Shown in pieces: positions 25,116-33,893 of a stretch of 64,000 bases of DNA. The DNA comes from an uncultured Candidatus Saccharibacteria bacterium (GTDB taxonomy: Bacteria; Patescibacteriota; Saccharimonadia; Saccharimonadales; UBA10212): the NCBI GenBank assembly GCA_964567555.1, contig CAZMNA010000001.1:88911-152910 (forward strand), in the 5' to 3' direction. Within the stretch, counting starts at the first letter, position 1, and each line of letters starts with the position of its first letter. The notes under the pieces are model-generated. The model was given only the letters and a program-made list of their open reading frames with translations. It was not told the DNA's origin and made no database searches. Both the position numbers and the translations under genes were made by a program.

Positions 25116-27046
25116 TATTTTTCCTCCTTGTTATCTTCGTTTACTACTTCGCCTTCTATCGGCTCGTCCTTATCTTTCTTGGATTTCTTTTTGTCGTCTT
25201 TTGCGTCACCTTTGTCGGACTTTCCTTCGGCGGGCTCCTCTTTTTGAGCAGCTTCGTACATTTTGGCGCCAATTGGCATGATGGCGTCGTTTAGATCTTT
25301 AGCAGCTTTTTCCAGCTCGTCTTTGTCGGTGGCTTCAAGGTGAGTCTTGGCCTCGGCGATTGCCTCGTCAATCTTTTTGACGTCTTCTTCACCCAGCTTG
25401 TCTTTATAGTCGGTTTTCATCTTCTCGGCCTGATAGACCGCGTTGTCCAGTTGGTTCTTTACCTCTATAGCTTCGCGCTTTTTCTTGTCTTCCTCAGCGT
25501 GGGCTTCGGCTTCTTTGGCGGCCTTTTCCACCTCGGCCTTGTCCAGATTGCCAGAGCCTTGAATGGTGATGGATTGTTCTTTGCCAGTACCTTTGTCTTT
25601 GGCACTCACGTTCAAAATACCGTTAGCGTCAATATTAAAGGTCACCTCAATTTGCGGCACACCGCGCGGCGCCGGTGGGATGCCGTCCAGCACAAAGCGG
25701 CCCAGACTCTTGTTGTCCCCGGCCATTTCGCGCTCGCCCTGCAAGACATGGATTTCCACCGAGTTTTGGTTGTCCGCGGCGGTACTAAACGTCTCGTTCT
25801 TGCTGGTTGGGATAGTGGTGTTGCGCTCAATCAGCTTGGTGGATACGCCGCCGAGTGTTTCAATCCCCAGCGAAAGTGGCGTAACGTCCAAGAGCAACAC
25901 GTCCTTAACATCGCCCTGCAGAACGCCAGCTTGGATGGCGGCGCCCACGGCCACAACTTCATCCGGGTTGACGCCCTGCAACGGGTCCTTACCAAAGACC
26001 TTTTTAACTTTTTCTACGACGGCTGGCATGCGCGTCATGCCGCCCACCAGAACAATTTCATTGACGTCTTTGGCGTCCAACTTGGCGTCCTTGAGAGCCT
26101 TTTTGACTGGCTCTTCGGTCTTATCTATGAGGTCTTGGACCAGCTCCACTAATTTGGCGCGGGTCAACTTGTACTCAAAGTGTTTAGGGCCGTCGGCGTC
26201 CGCCGTCAAAAATGGCAGGTTAATATCGGCTACTTCTGAAGTCGATAGCTCCTTCTTGGCCTTTTCGGCTTCTTCCTTAAGGCGCTGCATAGCGGCTTTG
26301 TCTTCCTTAATATCTATGCCGGTCTCTCTTTTGAATTGGTCAACAAAGTGGTTAACGATTCTAAGGTCAAAATCCTCACCGCCCAGGTGTGTGTCGCCGT
26401 TGGTGCTTAAGACCTCAAACACCCCGTCGCCTAGCTGGAGGATTGATAAGTCAAACGTACCGCCGCCAAGGTCAAAAACGGCAATTTTTTCCTCTTTGCC
26501 CTTATCCAGACCGTAAGCCAGCGCGGCAGCTGTTGGCTCGTTGATGATGCGCTTTACTTCCAGGCCGGCAATTTTGCCGGCGTCTTTGGTGGCTTGGCGC
26601 TGGGAATCATCAAAGTAAGCCGGCACAGTAATGACGGCTTCTGTTACTGGTTCGCCCAAGAATTTTTCGGCGTCGGCTTTGAGTTTAGACAAAATCATGC
26701 CGCTAACTTCCTCTGGGGAATAATCCTTGCCGTCCATCTCTACTTTTACGCCACTGCCAGCTTTGACGATTTTATACGGCATCAGCTTGATGTCGCGCTG
26801 GACTTCTTCACTTTCAAACTTACGCCCAATTAAACGCTTAATACCGAATATTGTGTTGGTTGGGTTGGTAACGCGCTGGCGGTTAGCCACTTGACCAACC
26901 AAGCGTTCGCCATTTTTATTAATCGCTACCACGCTTGGTGTGGTACGGTTGCCTTCACTGTTGGCTATAATTTCCGGCTTGCCGGACTGCATCGCCGCCA
27001 TCGCGCTGTTAGTTGTTCCTAGATCTATTCCGATTATTTTTGCCAT
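25115..27046 (-). CDS. dnaK: molecular chaperone DnaK (Hsp70)
   Basis: 643 aa. [18 protein letters not shown] and the other Hsp70 signatures. SD AGGAGG. Confidence 0.98.
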   Translation of the reverse strand: MAKIIGIDLGTTNSAMAAMQSGKPEIIANSEGNRTTPSVVAINKNGERLVGQVANRQRVTNPTNTIFGIKRLIGRKFESEEVQRDIKLMPYKIVKAGSGVKVEMDGKDYSPEEVSGMILSKLKADAEKFLGEPVTEAVITVPAYFDDSQRQATKDAGKIAGLEVKRIINEPTAAALAYGLDKGKEEKIAVFDLGGGTFDLSILQLGDGVFEVLSTNGDTHLGGEDFDLRIVNHFVDQFKRETGIDIKEDKAAMQRLKEEAEKAKKELSTSEVADINLPFLTADADGPKHFEYKLTRAKLVELVQDLIDKTEEPVKKALKDAKLDAKDVNEIVLVGGMTRMPAVVEKVKKVFGKDPLQGVNPDEVVAVGAAIQAGVLQGDVKDVLLLDVTPLSLGIETLGGVSTKLIERNTTIPTSKNETFSTAADNQNSVEIHVLQGEREMAGDNKSLGRFVLDGIPPAPRGVPQIEVTFNIDANGILNVSAKDKGTGKEQSITIQGSGNLDKAEVEKAAKEAEAHAEEDKKKREAIEVKNQLDNAVYQAEKMKTDYKDKLGEEDVKKIDEAIAEAKTHLEATDKDELEKAAKDLNDAIMPIGAKMYEAAQKEEPAEGKSDKGDAKDDKKKSKKDKDEPIEGEVVNEDNKEEK

Positions 27047-27060
27047 AGTTTCTTCCTCCT

Positions 27061-27729
27061 TTAATTAACGAATAAACGTTCGCTATCTTTCCTTAATTGC
27101 TCAATCTGATCGCCACTCGAACGGGGCGTGCCACCAGGGCTCAGGGCAAACTGGCCATCATGCTCTCTAATGAAATCAAGCCACGTCCGTGTGGTGTTTG
27201 CGGCATGGGGGAATAACACAGCGCTCATCTCGTAGAGGGTGTTATCAAGACTACCTACTGTACTGAGACCAGCGGCTTCATGTGCCTCCACTAGCGCCTC
27301 CTCAAAGTCTGCTGCGTCCACTTTATTGTTAGGATCTATACTTGGTGCCGATTCAGCTGCTGTAAGCACCTTATCAACAGCCTTTGCCTGATAGGACCTT
27401 AAGTCAACAGCCGGGGCACTCCACGCTCCTCGCGGAATTATAAATTGCGCCAATGAACAGGTAAGGCCTGCGGCTAATTTACCTAGGTGCAAGGCTGTTA
27501 CATTAATTAGCTCTGGTTCGCCGCTGTGCTGTTCCATATACACAGCCGCTCTGCTCCAGTTGGAGGTGAAGAAATCAGCTGTACTTGAATGTGCGTTAGC
27601 GGGCAATTTCCAGCGTTCCCATTGCTCGGAGTAGGGGGTTTTGATGGAGGCCCATATTACTTCATTAAGCTGCCATTTGAAGGGGTCAAAAGGCTGGCCG
27701 TCGGTAAGTTCAGTGGAAAATTCTGCCAT
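27061..27729 (-). CDS. hypothetical protein (heat-shock operon orphan, 222 aa)
   Basis: 14 nt upstream of dnaK. Trp-rich N-terminus and no recognised domain. Confidence 0.55.
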   Translation of the reverse strand: MAEFSTELTDGQPFDPFKWQLNEVIWASIKTPYSEQWERWKLPANAHSSTADFFTSNWSRAAVYMEQHSGEPELINVTALHLGKLAAGLTCSLAQFIIPRGAWSAPAVDLRSYQAKAVDKVLTAAESAPSIDPNNKVDAADFEEALVEAHEAAGLSTVGSLDNTLYEMSAVLFPHAANTTRTWLDFIREHDGQFALSPGGTPRSSGDQIEQLRKDSERLFVN

Positions 27730-27740
27730 TTTATTCTTCC

Positions 27741-27995
27741 TTAAATGCTTCCTGGGTTAATTGACAGGGTTCCGTCGACTTGTTTTTCAATCTTATCAAT
27801 AGCCTCAAGGGTTAAGCCGTACTTAATGGCCACGTCCCTTAGCGCTATTTGGTCGTCTTCATCTAGATCATCTTGCAGGTGCTTAGCTAATTTCATTCTT
27901 TCATACGCCTGTCTATAGGCCTCGGCCGCTAGCTCAGTTGACGGAGGCACTTTAGCCTCCTCTGGCCGCAGGTTCTCCAAAAAGCGGTTACTCAT
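27741..27995 (-). CDS. hypothetical protein (heat-shock operon orphan, 84 aa)
   Basis: TAATG overlap with the grpE stop. Helical and acidic. Confidence 0.5.
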   Translation of the reverse strand: MSNRFLENLRPEEAKVPPSTELAAEAYRQAYERMKLAKHLQDDLDEDDQIALRDVAIKYGLTLEAIDKIEKQVDGTLSINPGSI

Positions 27996-28528
27996 TACTT
28001 TTTCTCCATCTTTACTTTAACCATAGCGTGGCGGATGATTTCGTCGCCAATCTTGTAGCCGGGTTGAAGTTCCTCGCAAACAACTTCAACTTTCCCGGGA
28101 CCGTGCTCCATATGGACTGCCTCGTGCAGTTTGGGGTCAAAATGCTCACCAACTGTTTTGATGCGTTCAACCCCAAGTTGGGCAAGACAGGTACTGAACT
28201 GTTTCAAAGTAGCCTCTACGCCTCTTTCGTAATCCTTGTACCTTTTTACTAGATCTACAACTTTAATTGGCACTTTGGTTGCGTCCTCGTGAGCTGGCTC
28301 GACCATAAAATCTTCTTCACTAAAAGCGTGCTGCTTAGCGCGCTCTAAATTATCAAGCGCAGGCAAAAGCTCACGTATAATCATAACTTTATAAAAAGTG
28401 CCGAGGTTGGCTTTGTCTTCCTCGGTCCGACGGCGCAGATTTTCGGCATCGGCCCGCTCGCGTTGCAGCGCTTCGGTCAGCTCACCTATTTTTTGCTCCA
28501 GCTCGGCAATTGTAGGGTGTTTACTCAT
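27995..28528 (-). CDS. grpE: nucleotide exchange factor GrpE
   Basis: Coiled-coil N-terminus, LLPALDNLERA, and the C-terminal beta domain FDPKLHEAV...GYKIGDEIIRHAMVKV. Confidence 0.92.
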   Translation of the reverse strand: MSKHPTIAELEQKIGELTEALQRERADAENLRRRTEEDKANLGTFYKVMIIRELLPALDNLERAKQHAFSEEDFMVEPAHEDATKVPIKVVDLVKRYKDYERGVEATLKQFSTCLAQLGVERIKTVGEHFDPKLHEAVHMEHGPGKVEVVCEELQPGYKIGDEIIRHAMVKVKMEKK

Positions 28529-28781
28529 CTTCTACCCCATATCCTTCAAGTTCACTCTTAATTAATCTCGCCATTTCGAAAGCTCGTTCGGCAATCGCTG
28601 AAGGCTTTTCTGTCGTACGCCAAGCTGCGCGTTTTGCCTGTAATCTAATCTCGGCAGCTAAGAATATTACGTCGTACTCGGAAACCGGTGCAGAGATGGC
28701 ATCCATGTATTGACCGCTCAAAACAACCAGATCTTTTTCCTCCTGGGGCAATGCAAAGACCTCACCGATTGCTTTAGACAT
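28521..28781 (-). CDS. hypothetical protein (heat-shock operon orphan, 86 aa)
   Basis: ATG at 28781 overlaps the hrcA stop by 8 nt (ATGTCTAA). Its stop overlaps the grpE start by 8 nt (ATGAGTAA). Confidence 0.5.
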   Translation of the reverse strand: MSKAIGEVFALPQEEKDLVVLSGQYMDAISAPVSEYDVIFLAAEIRLQAKRAAWRTTEKPSAIAERAFEMARLIKSELEGYGVEDE

Positions 28782-29478
28782 ACAAGGTATCCTCCAGGGC
28801 TTTGCCGGCGCGGCCAACTAGGCCCATTACATCACCATAATTTTGGCGAGTCGGGCCTAGTACGCCAATGTAGCTGGCATCAGAAAATGGGCTGCGGAAC
28901 TTACTAATTATCAAGGAGGCGCCGGCACTGCGGCCAATTGGGTTTTCCCGGCCAATGTAAACGCTCAGCGGTTCATTGGGCGCAGTCTCGTTCAGCCAAG
29001 GCTGTAGGTTATCCAGAAGCCTCGCAATCTCCTGGACTTGGCCCGGGTGCATAAATTCCGGCTGGCCAAACAAATTAGAAAGTCCGCTCATGTAAAGCTG
29101 GGGACCGATGGTGGCCAGGCCTAGGTTATGGGTCAATTCTACCAATGTATCGACGGTGTTCTTGATGGTTTGCTCCGGCAAGCCGGCACCAGAAACGCGG
29201 GCGGCCAGCGCCCTCTCAGCGCGCGGCTCTTTTGGTAGATTACCCGATTCGCTCAATTGATTCACATAAAAGCGGTAGCCTTGGTCTGTTGGCACGCGTC
29301 CAGCAGAGGTATGGGGCTGGGCAATAAAGCCCTGGCGCTCCAGCTCGGCCATATCAGCTCGGATGGTGGCGCTAGATACTCCAAAAAGCTTGGCCAGCAG
29401 GTTAGAACCCACCGGGGCGGCTACCTCGGCGTATTGTTCAATAATCGCAGCTAGAATTTTCTCCTGACGGGAAGTCAT
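28774..29478 (-). CDS. hrcA: heat-inducible transcriptional repressor HrcA (compact, 234 aa)
   Basis: wHTH N-terminus (ILAAIIEQYAEVAAPVGS...ATIRADMAELERQGFI) and the conserved C-terminus IGRENP...GVLGPTRQNY. ATG 29478 is preferred over the track GTG 29484. Confidence 0.9.
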   Translation of the reverse strand: MTSRQEKILAAIIEQYAEVAAPVGSNLLAKLFGVSSATIRADMAELERQGFIAQPHTSAGRVPTDQGYRFYVNQLSESGNLPKEPRAERALAARVSGAGLPEQTIKNTVDTLVELTHNLGLATIGPQLYMSGLSNLFGQPEFMHPGQVQEIARLLDNLQPWLNETAPNEPLSVYIGRENPIGRSAGASLIISKFRSPFSDASYIGVLGPTRQNYGDVMGLVGRAGKALEDTLYV

Positions 29479-29504
29479 TGGCACTCTATCCTTATGAGTG
29501 CTAG
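29478..29504 (-). promoter_or_regulatory. CIRCE operator 1
   Basis: Minus-strand CTAGCACTC-ATAAGGATA-GAGTGCCAA versus the consensus TTAGCACTC-N9-GAGTGCTAA. Abuts the hrcA ATG. Confidence 0.85.
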
Positions 29505-29532
29505 TTTATCGGAGCTAGCAGGCCAAAGTCAA
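29503..29532 (-). promoter_or_regulatory. sigma-70-type promoter of the hrcA operon
   Basis: Minus-strand TTGACT (29527-29532), an 18-nt spacer, then TAAACT (29503-29508). Sits between and overlapping the two CIRCE elements. Confidence 0.6.
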
Positions 29533-29541
29533 GAGTGCTAA
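29515..29541 (-). promoter_or_regulatory. CIRCE operator 2 (one degenerate arm)
   Basis: Minus-strand TTAGCACTC-TTGACTTTG-GCCTGCTAG. One perfect arm and one 6/9 arm. Confidence 0.6.
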
Positions 29542-29542
29542 T

Positions 29543-29935
29543 TTAAGCCCAAGGTCCCTTCCAGCTAGGAGATCTTTCTGGGTCAGCTTCGGTACGAATA
29601 TCCCTAAGTTCCTGCATCATAATTACATCAATCTCTGCTGCAGTGAAATCATGCCTTTGAGTGACCACATCACCGGCGCGGACTGTGCGGCGCCCGATTT
29701 TAAAATCATCATTCTCATCCCAAAGCGCCAGAATAGTAACCGAACCGCCCAAGCGCTCAAGTTTCATTTGCATAGCACCATCTAGCGGTCTCCTGATATA
29801 GAGTTCTGGACTCACCTGTCCTTCATGCAAACAATCTAAATAATATAAGGCGGTTAAAAGCTCGTCAGCCTCCTGGACAAAATCAGCAGTATTGTTGGAA
29901 GCTAGTTCGTGACTGGCTTCCGGTGCCACAGCCAT
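29543..29935 (-). CDS. hypothetical protein (orphan, 130 aa)
   Basis: Ends 2 nt before CIRCE 2. Soluble, with no recognised domain. Confidence 0.55.
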   Translation of the reverse strand: MAVAPEASHELASNNTADFVQEADELLTALYYLDCLHEGQVSPELYIRRPLDGAMQMKLERLGGSVTILALWDENDDFKIGRRTVRAGDVVTQRHDFTAAEIDVIMMQELRDIRTEADPERSPSWKGPWA

Positions 29936-29997
29936 TAAATAACAATATGCCTGCGCACTTTTAAGCGCAAGCGGAATGCCCGTGTATAAATGTGTGC

Positions 29998-30726
29998 CTA
30001 GGTTATCGCTTTTTCTAGTTCTTTGAGCAGAGTTTTAACTAGCTCGGCCCCGCGTTCCTGCTGAGGGTTTGACTGCCCCTTCGTCAGGCCATCAATGATT
30101 GCCATGCTTTGCCCGACATCCTCGGCAACCACAAACTGAAAGAAATCATACTGTGGGGCTTCGCGTAAAAATCTAGCCGCTGTTTTTAAACGCCTGTTTG
30201 CCTCTGCTTGGCTTACGCCGCCGCGGTCGGCAATGCGCTTTTGCCATTCTCCGTAGCTTGGCGGCAGCAAAAAGATGACAATAACGTCAGCTTTTGCTTT
30301 TTTGATATTCAGTACGCCGGCTAAATCCGTTTCTGTGAAGGCGACTTTGCCGCTTTGGGCGGCCTTTTTTAGTTCCCGCATGCTGATACCGGAAACTTGT
30401 TGCTGGTGGATTAGCTCCGCCTCCAAAAAATTGCCCGCTTTAAGGTCGGCTAAAATTTCTTCTTCCGAGCGGAAAAAATACTGCAGGCCATTTTGCTCTA
30501 GCTGACCGTCACGGGTCTGCGGTGGACGGGTGGTATCCGAAACAATATAAAAATATCGGCCACTATCTTTCATGTGCTGGACCAGCAAACTCCGGCCTGT
30601 GCCGGTAGCACCCATGATAAGAACCATGGGCAAATCCTTTAGCACTACTTTGGCATCGTCTGACACCACGTAATGCTCCAAGATGTCTTCAAATTCTTTT
30701 TTATACCTTAAGCGCGGTGTATTCAT
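29998..30726 (-). CDS. guanylate-kinase-like P-loop protein with variant Walker A (GATGTGRS)
   Basis: SDTTRPPQTRDG...GLQYFF and FLEAE resemble the Gmk fold. The Walker A Lys is replaced by Arg. Confidence 0.6.
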   Translation of the reverse strand: MNTPRLRYKKEFEDILEHYVVSDDAKVVLKDLPMVLIMGATGTGRSLLVQHMKDSGRYFYIVSDTTRPPQTRDGQLEQNGLQYFFRSEEEILADLKAGNFLEAELIHQQQVSGISMRELKKAAQSGKVAFTETDLAGVLNIKKAKADVIVIFLLPPSYGEWQKRIADRGGVSQAEANRRLKTAARFLREAPQYDFFQFVVAEDVGQSMAIIDGLTKGQSNPQQERGAELVKTLLKELEKAIT

Positions 30727-31418
30727 ATTCTTATTAGCTTAGCAAAATTGCTTTGGGCAATCTCACGTGCCATCTTTTCGTCATCCGGGGCTTGACCCTG
30801 CCCGACTTGACGTAAACGCTCAGCGGCCTTGTCGATATCGTCGTTTAGAACAAAGTGCATCTGTTTATCATTAAGCGCAAATTCGTAGGAGGTTTTGGCT
30901 TCTGCAAGTCGGCCAGCCAGCTGTGCTTCATCCCAGCCGCTAAGCTTAGCTTGGCTATCCAGCCAGCCCTGCCAGTTGCCAAAATCAGCAGGCACTATAA
31001 AAGCTGCCGCAAAAAATTTAAGAGATAGCGCACGGAATTGGCGCACTCCCTGCGGGATTAACGGATATAAATTTGTTTTATCGGTTGAAAAATCCTGCGG
31101 ACGGGTGCAATACAGATGGCCGTTGGGCCCAGTCACTACCTGGAACAAATTGCCGGCTTTTATGTCAGCAATTATTTCGGCTTCGGGGCGGTAAACCATA
31201 TCTTGATATTCTTGTTCGTTTGGCCGTGGCAAACGAGTGGATTCGCCAATGGCTAGATTAAAATTCGGATCGCTTTTTGCGAGTGCCCGCATGATTGTGG
31301 TTTTACCAGAAGCACTCGGCCCGACAGTAGCCAGCATCTTTATGCCCGAAGCCGCAACCCTTGTTTGCGAGTTTGGTTTATAGCTTTTTATCAGGTTTTT
31401 TAGTTGTGAATCGTCCAT
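30723..31418 (-). CDS. guanylate-kinase-like P-loop protein
   Basis: GPSASGKTT Walker A and an ESTRLPRPNE (TTRxPRxxE-like) segment. ATGA overlap with the downstream paralogue. Confidence 0.6.
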   Translation of the reverse strand: MDDSQLKNLIKSYKPNSQTRVAASGIKMLATVGPSASGKTTIMRALAKSDPNFNLAIGESTRLPRPNEQEYQDMVYRPEAEIIADIKAGNLFQVVTGPNGHLYCTRPQDFSTDKTNLYPLIPQGVRQFRALSLKFFAAAFIVPADFGNWQGWLDSQAKLSGWDEAQLAGRLAEAKTSYEFALNDKQMHFVLNDDIDKAAERLRQVGQGQAPDDEKMAREIAQSNFAKLIRI

Positions 31419-31439
31419 TATCTAACAGCGTAGCACAAG

Positions 31440-32054
31440 CTAAAACTGTTCGAGGGCAACGGTATCCGGTCCGAGTCGATCAAGTTTAGCCAGCAGGTCC
31501 CAATATTCCTTTTGGTCAATCGGTCTAGAACCATCCGTAGAAACCAGGGTTCTATATTTCTCAAGTATTGGCGCCAGGTATTCTCCGGAAAATATTTTGC
31601 GTAAATCGTCTTCTGTGACAAAATCGCTACCTTTGAAAAGCGATGTTCTTGAGCGCATTTGAGCCGAGGCCGGTTTTAAATAATAAGTAGTTAGCCCTCC
31701 TACAATTATCCCTTCGGGGGTATGAATCGGAGTAGAATGAACTGCAACTTCCGCCTTCCACTGCTCCGGGCCATAAAGGGTCCAATCTATACCAATATGA
31801 CCCTCGTCTAGAGCGTGTCTGGCTCTGGAAGTTAGAAATTCAAATTTTTTGCCTAATTCGCCTTTGCTCTCTAGCTCTAATTTTATTTCTTCTTCGGGTA
31901 TTCCCAGGACACTAGCAAGTAGCGAAATGTGTTCATCGTCTATTTCACCTTGCTGGAGAGTAGGCTCGGGTAAAATCTCCCTTAGCCTTGTTACCAAGGT
32001 CTGCTTTTCTTCGTCACTAATCTCTGCTGGACCACCCCGGTATGGTTCACTCAT
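31440..32054 (-). CDS. hypothetical protein (orphan, 204 aa)
   Basis: Lies between lepA and the kinase-like pair. Acidic and soluble. Confidence 0.55.
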   Translation of the reverse strand: MSEPYRGGPAEISDEEKQTLVTRLREILPEPTLQQGEIDDEHISLLASVLGIPEEEIKLELESKGELGKKFEFLTSRARHALDEGHIGIDWTLYGPEQWKAEVAVHSTPIHTPEGIIVGGLTTYYLKPASAQMRSRTSLFKGSDFVTEDDLRKIFSGEYLAPILEKYRTLVSTDGSRPIDQKEYWDLLAKLDRLGPDTVALEQF

Positions 32055-32087
32055 TTTGCTAGATTAAACCATGGATTCAAATATAAT

Positions 32088-33869
32088 TCAATCTCTCTTT
32101 AACAATACTGCGAAGGCTTCGGCTGGGATGTCCACTTTGCCAAATTTTTTCATGCGCTCTTTGCCCTTCTTTTGTTTGGCCAAGACCTTCTTCTTGCGGC
32201 TGACATCGCCGCCATAAAGACCAGTCGTAACATCTTTACGGTAAGCGCTGATGTCTTCACGGGCGATAAACTTGCCGCCAACGCCAGCTTGCAGACTGAC
32301 TTTGAAGTTTTGGCGCGGTATGACCTCTTTTAATTTAGCTACGGCCGAGCGGCCCAAGCTTTCGGCTTCACTACGGTGGGTTATGACGCTAAGGGCATCC
32401 ACCGGCACACTGGCTACATAAAAGTCCACACGCACTAAATCTTCCGGCCGGTAGTTATCCAGCTGGTAATTAAACGAGCCGTATCCGGATGTGGTACTTT
32501 TTAGCTGGTCATAAAAATCGGTAAGCAGGTTAGCCAGCGGCGCTTCAAAATCTATGACGGCTAGCTGGGCGTCTACATAACCAATGTGTTTTTGTTGGCC
32601 GCGGGCACCAGCAACCAGCTGGATGATAGCACCAACGTAGTCACTGGGTGCGACGATTTCGCCCTTGACCCAAGGCTCAGCAATTTCAGCAATTTGGCTG
32701 ACATCCGGCAGCTCCGCCGCAGATTTAATGTCCAGCTCCTCGCCATCGGTGAGCCTGAGTTTATAGTCCGTAGACGGGTTGGTAATTATAAGCTCTAGGT
32801 TATATTCACGTTCCAGCCGTTCACGAACGATATCCATATGTAATAGACCAAGAAAACCAATGCGAAAGCCAAAGCCCAGCACCGGTGAGTTTTCCGGCTC
32901 ATAAACGAGAGCCGAGTCGCTTAAACTTAATCTCTCCACCGCGTCTTTTAGGGCCGGATAATTTTCGTGGCTGTCGGGGAAAAACCCCGCATAAACAAAC
33001 GGCGTGATATTTTTGTAGCCTGGTAAAGCTTTTGCCGCTGGTACACCTGCTAAGGTTACCGTATCGCCAACTTTGGCTTGGCGGGTAGTTTTAAAGTTAG
33101 TAACAATGTAGCCAATCTCACCGGTTTTTAAGCTATTTACCGGCACGGGCTCGGGCGAAAGCCGGCCGGTTTCCAGCGCCACACCGCGGCCGCCTGTGGC
33201 CATCATCTTTATGTGCGAATTCTTGGTTAGCTGGCCGTCCACTATACGCAAATACAAAATCACGCCGCGGTGGGTGTCATAGTAGCTGTCAAAAACCAGC
33301 GCCCGGGTCGGCTTGTCTGGCTCGCCGGCTGGCGGTGGAACCTCGGTAACGATTTTTTCCAGTAGCTCTTCTACGCCCTTGCCCGTCTTGGCGCTAACTT
33401 CCAAAATATCTTCTCGTTTACAGCCCAGCAGGCTCATGATTTCTGCGCTAACCCGCTCAACGTCAGCCGCAGGTAGGTCAATCTTATTTAGGACCGGGAT
33501 AATTTTTAGGTCGGCCCCCAAAGCCAAATAAACATTGGCCAGTGTCTGGGCCTGGATACCTTGGCTAGCGTCCACCACCAAAATGGCGCCTTCCACTGCT
33601 TCTAAGCTCCGGCTGACCTCGTAGCTAAAATCAACATGCCCAGGCGTATCAATTAAATTAAGTTCATAGTCTTTATAATTCATGCGCACCGGCGCCAGCT
33701 TAATGGTTATGCCGCGTTCGCGTTCCAAATCCATGCGGTCCAAAACCTGGGCCTGCATTTGACGCTTTTCGACCGTGCCGGTAAGTTCCAGCAGTCTGTC
33801 GGCTAATGTAGATTTGCCGTGGTCTATATGGGCAATGATGCAAAAATTTCGGATGTGGTCCTGGTTCAT
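32088..33869 (-). CDS. lepA: translation elongation factor 4 (LepA)
   Basis: IRNFCIIAHIDHGKST G1 motif, DTPGHVDF, NKIDL, and a LepA-specific C-terminus. Confidence 0.97.
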   Translation of the reverse strand: MNQDHIRNFCIIAHIDHGKSTLADRLLELTGTVEKRQMQAQVLDRMDLERERGITIKLAPVRMNYKDYELNLIDTPGHVDFSYEVSRSLEAVEGAILVVDASQGIQAQTLANVYLALGADLKIIPVLNKIDLPAADVERVSAEIMSLLGCKREDILEVSAKTGKGVEELLEKIVTEVPPPAGEPDKPTRALVFDSYYDTHRGVILYLRIVDGQLTKNSHIKMMATGGRGVALETGRLSPEPVPVNSLKTGEIGYIVTNFKTTRQAKVGDTVTLAGVPAAKALPGYKNITPFVYAGFFPDSHENYPALKDAVERLSLSDSALVYEPENSPVLGFGFRIGFLGLLHMDIVRERLEREYNLELIITNPSTDYKLRLTDGEELDIKSAAELPDVSQIAEIAEPWVKGEIVAPSDYVGAIIQLVAGARGQQKHIGYVDAQLAVIDFEAPLANLLTDFYDQLKSTTSGYGSFNYQLDNYRPEDLVRVDFYVASVPVDALSVITHRSEAESLGRSAVAKLKEVIPRQNFKVSLQAGVGGKFIAREDISAYRKDVTTGLYGGDVSRKKKVLAKQKKGKERMKKFGKVDIPAEAFAVLLKRD

Positions 33870-33893
33870 TGTTCTTTATTGTAACAGAGGTAA

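Noticed and set aside
25340-26516. Long + strand ORFs (270 and 317 aa) in the track
   Set aside because: They lie entirely antisense to the unmistakable dnaK gene. Low-complexity Leu/Ser/Val-rich translations like these are typical shadow ORFs.
22468-29478. Alternative genetic code (UGA recoding, as in some CPR lineages) or frameshifted chaperone genes as the explanation for the many small ORFs
   Set aside because: dnaK, dnaJ, grpE, lepA and others are full length under code 11. Most junction stops are TAA. HrcA retains its conserved C-terminal motif, so orf86 is not its missing tail.
31418-31621. 67-aa minus-strand track ORF
   Set aside because: It is an out-of-frame overlap with the better-supported 204-aa ORF (31440-32054). 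It reaches the next gene's start only by chance.
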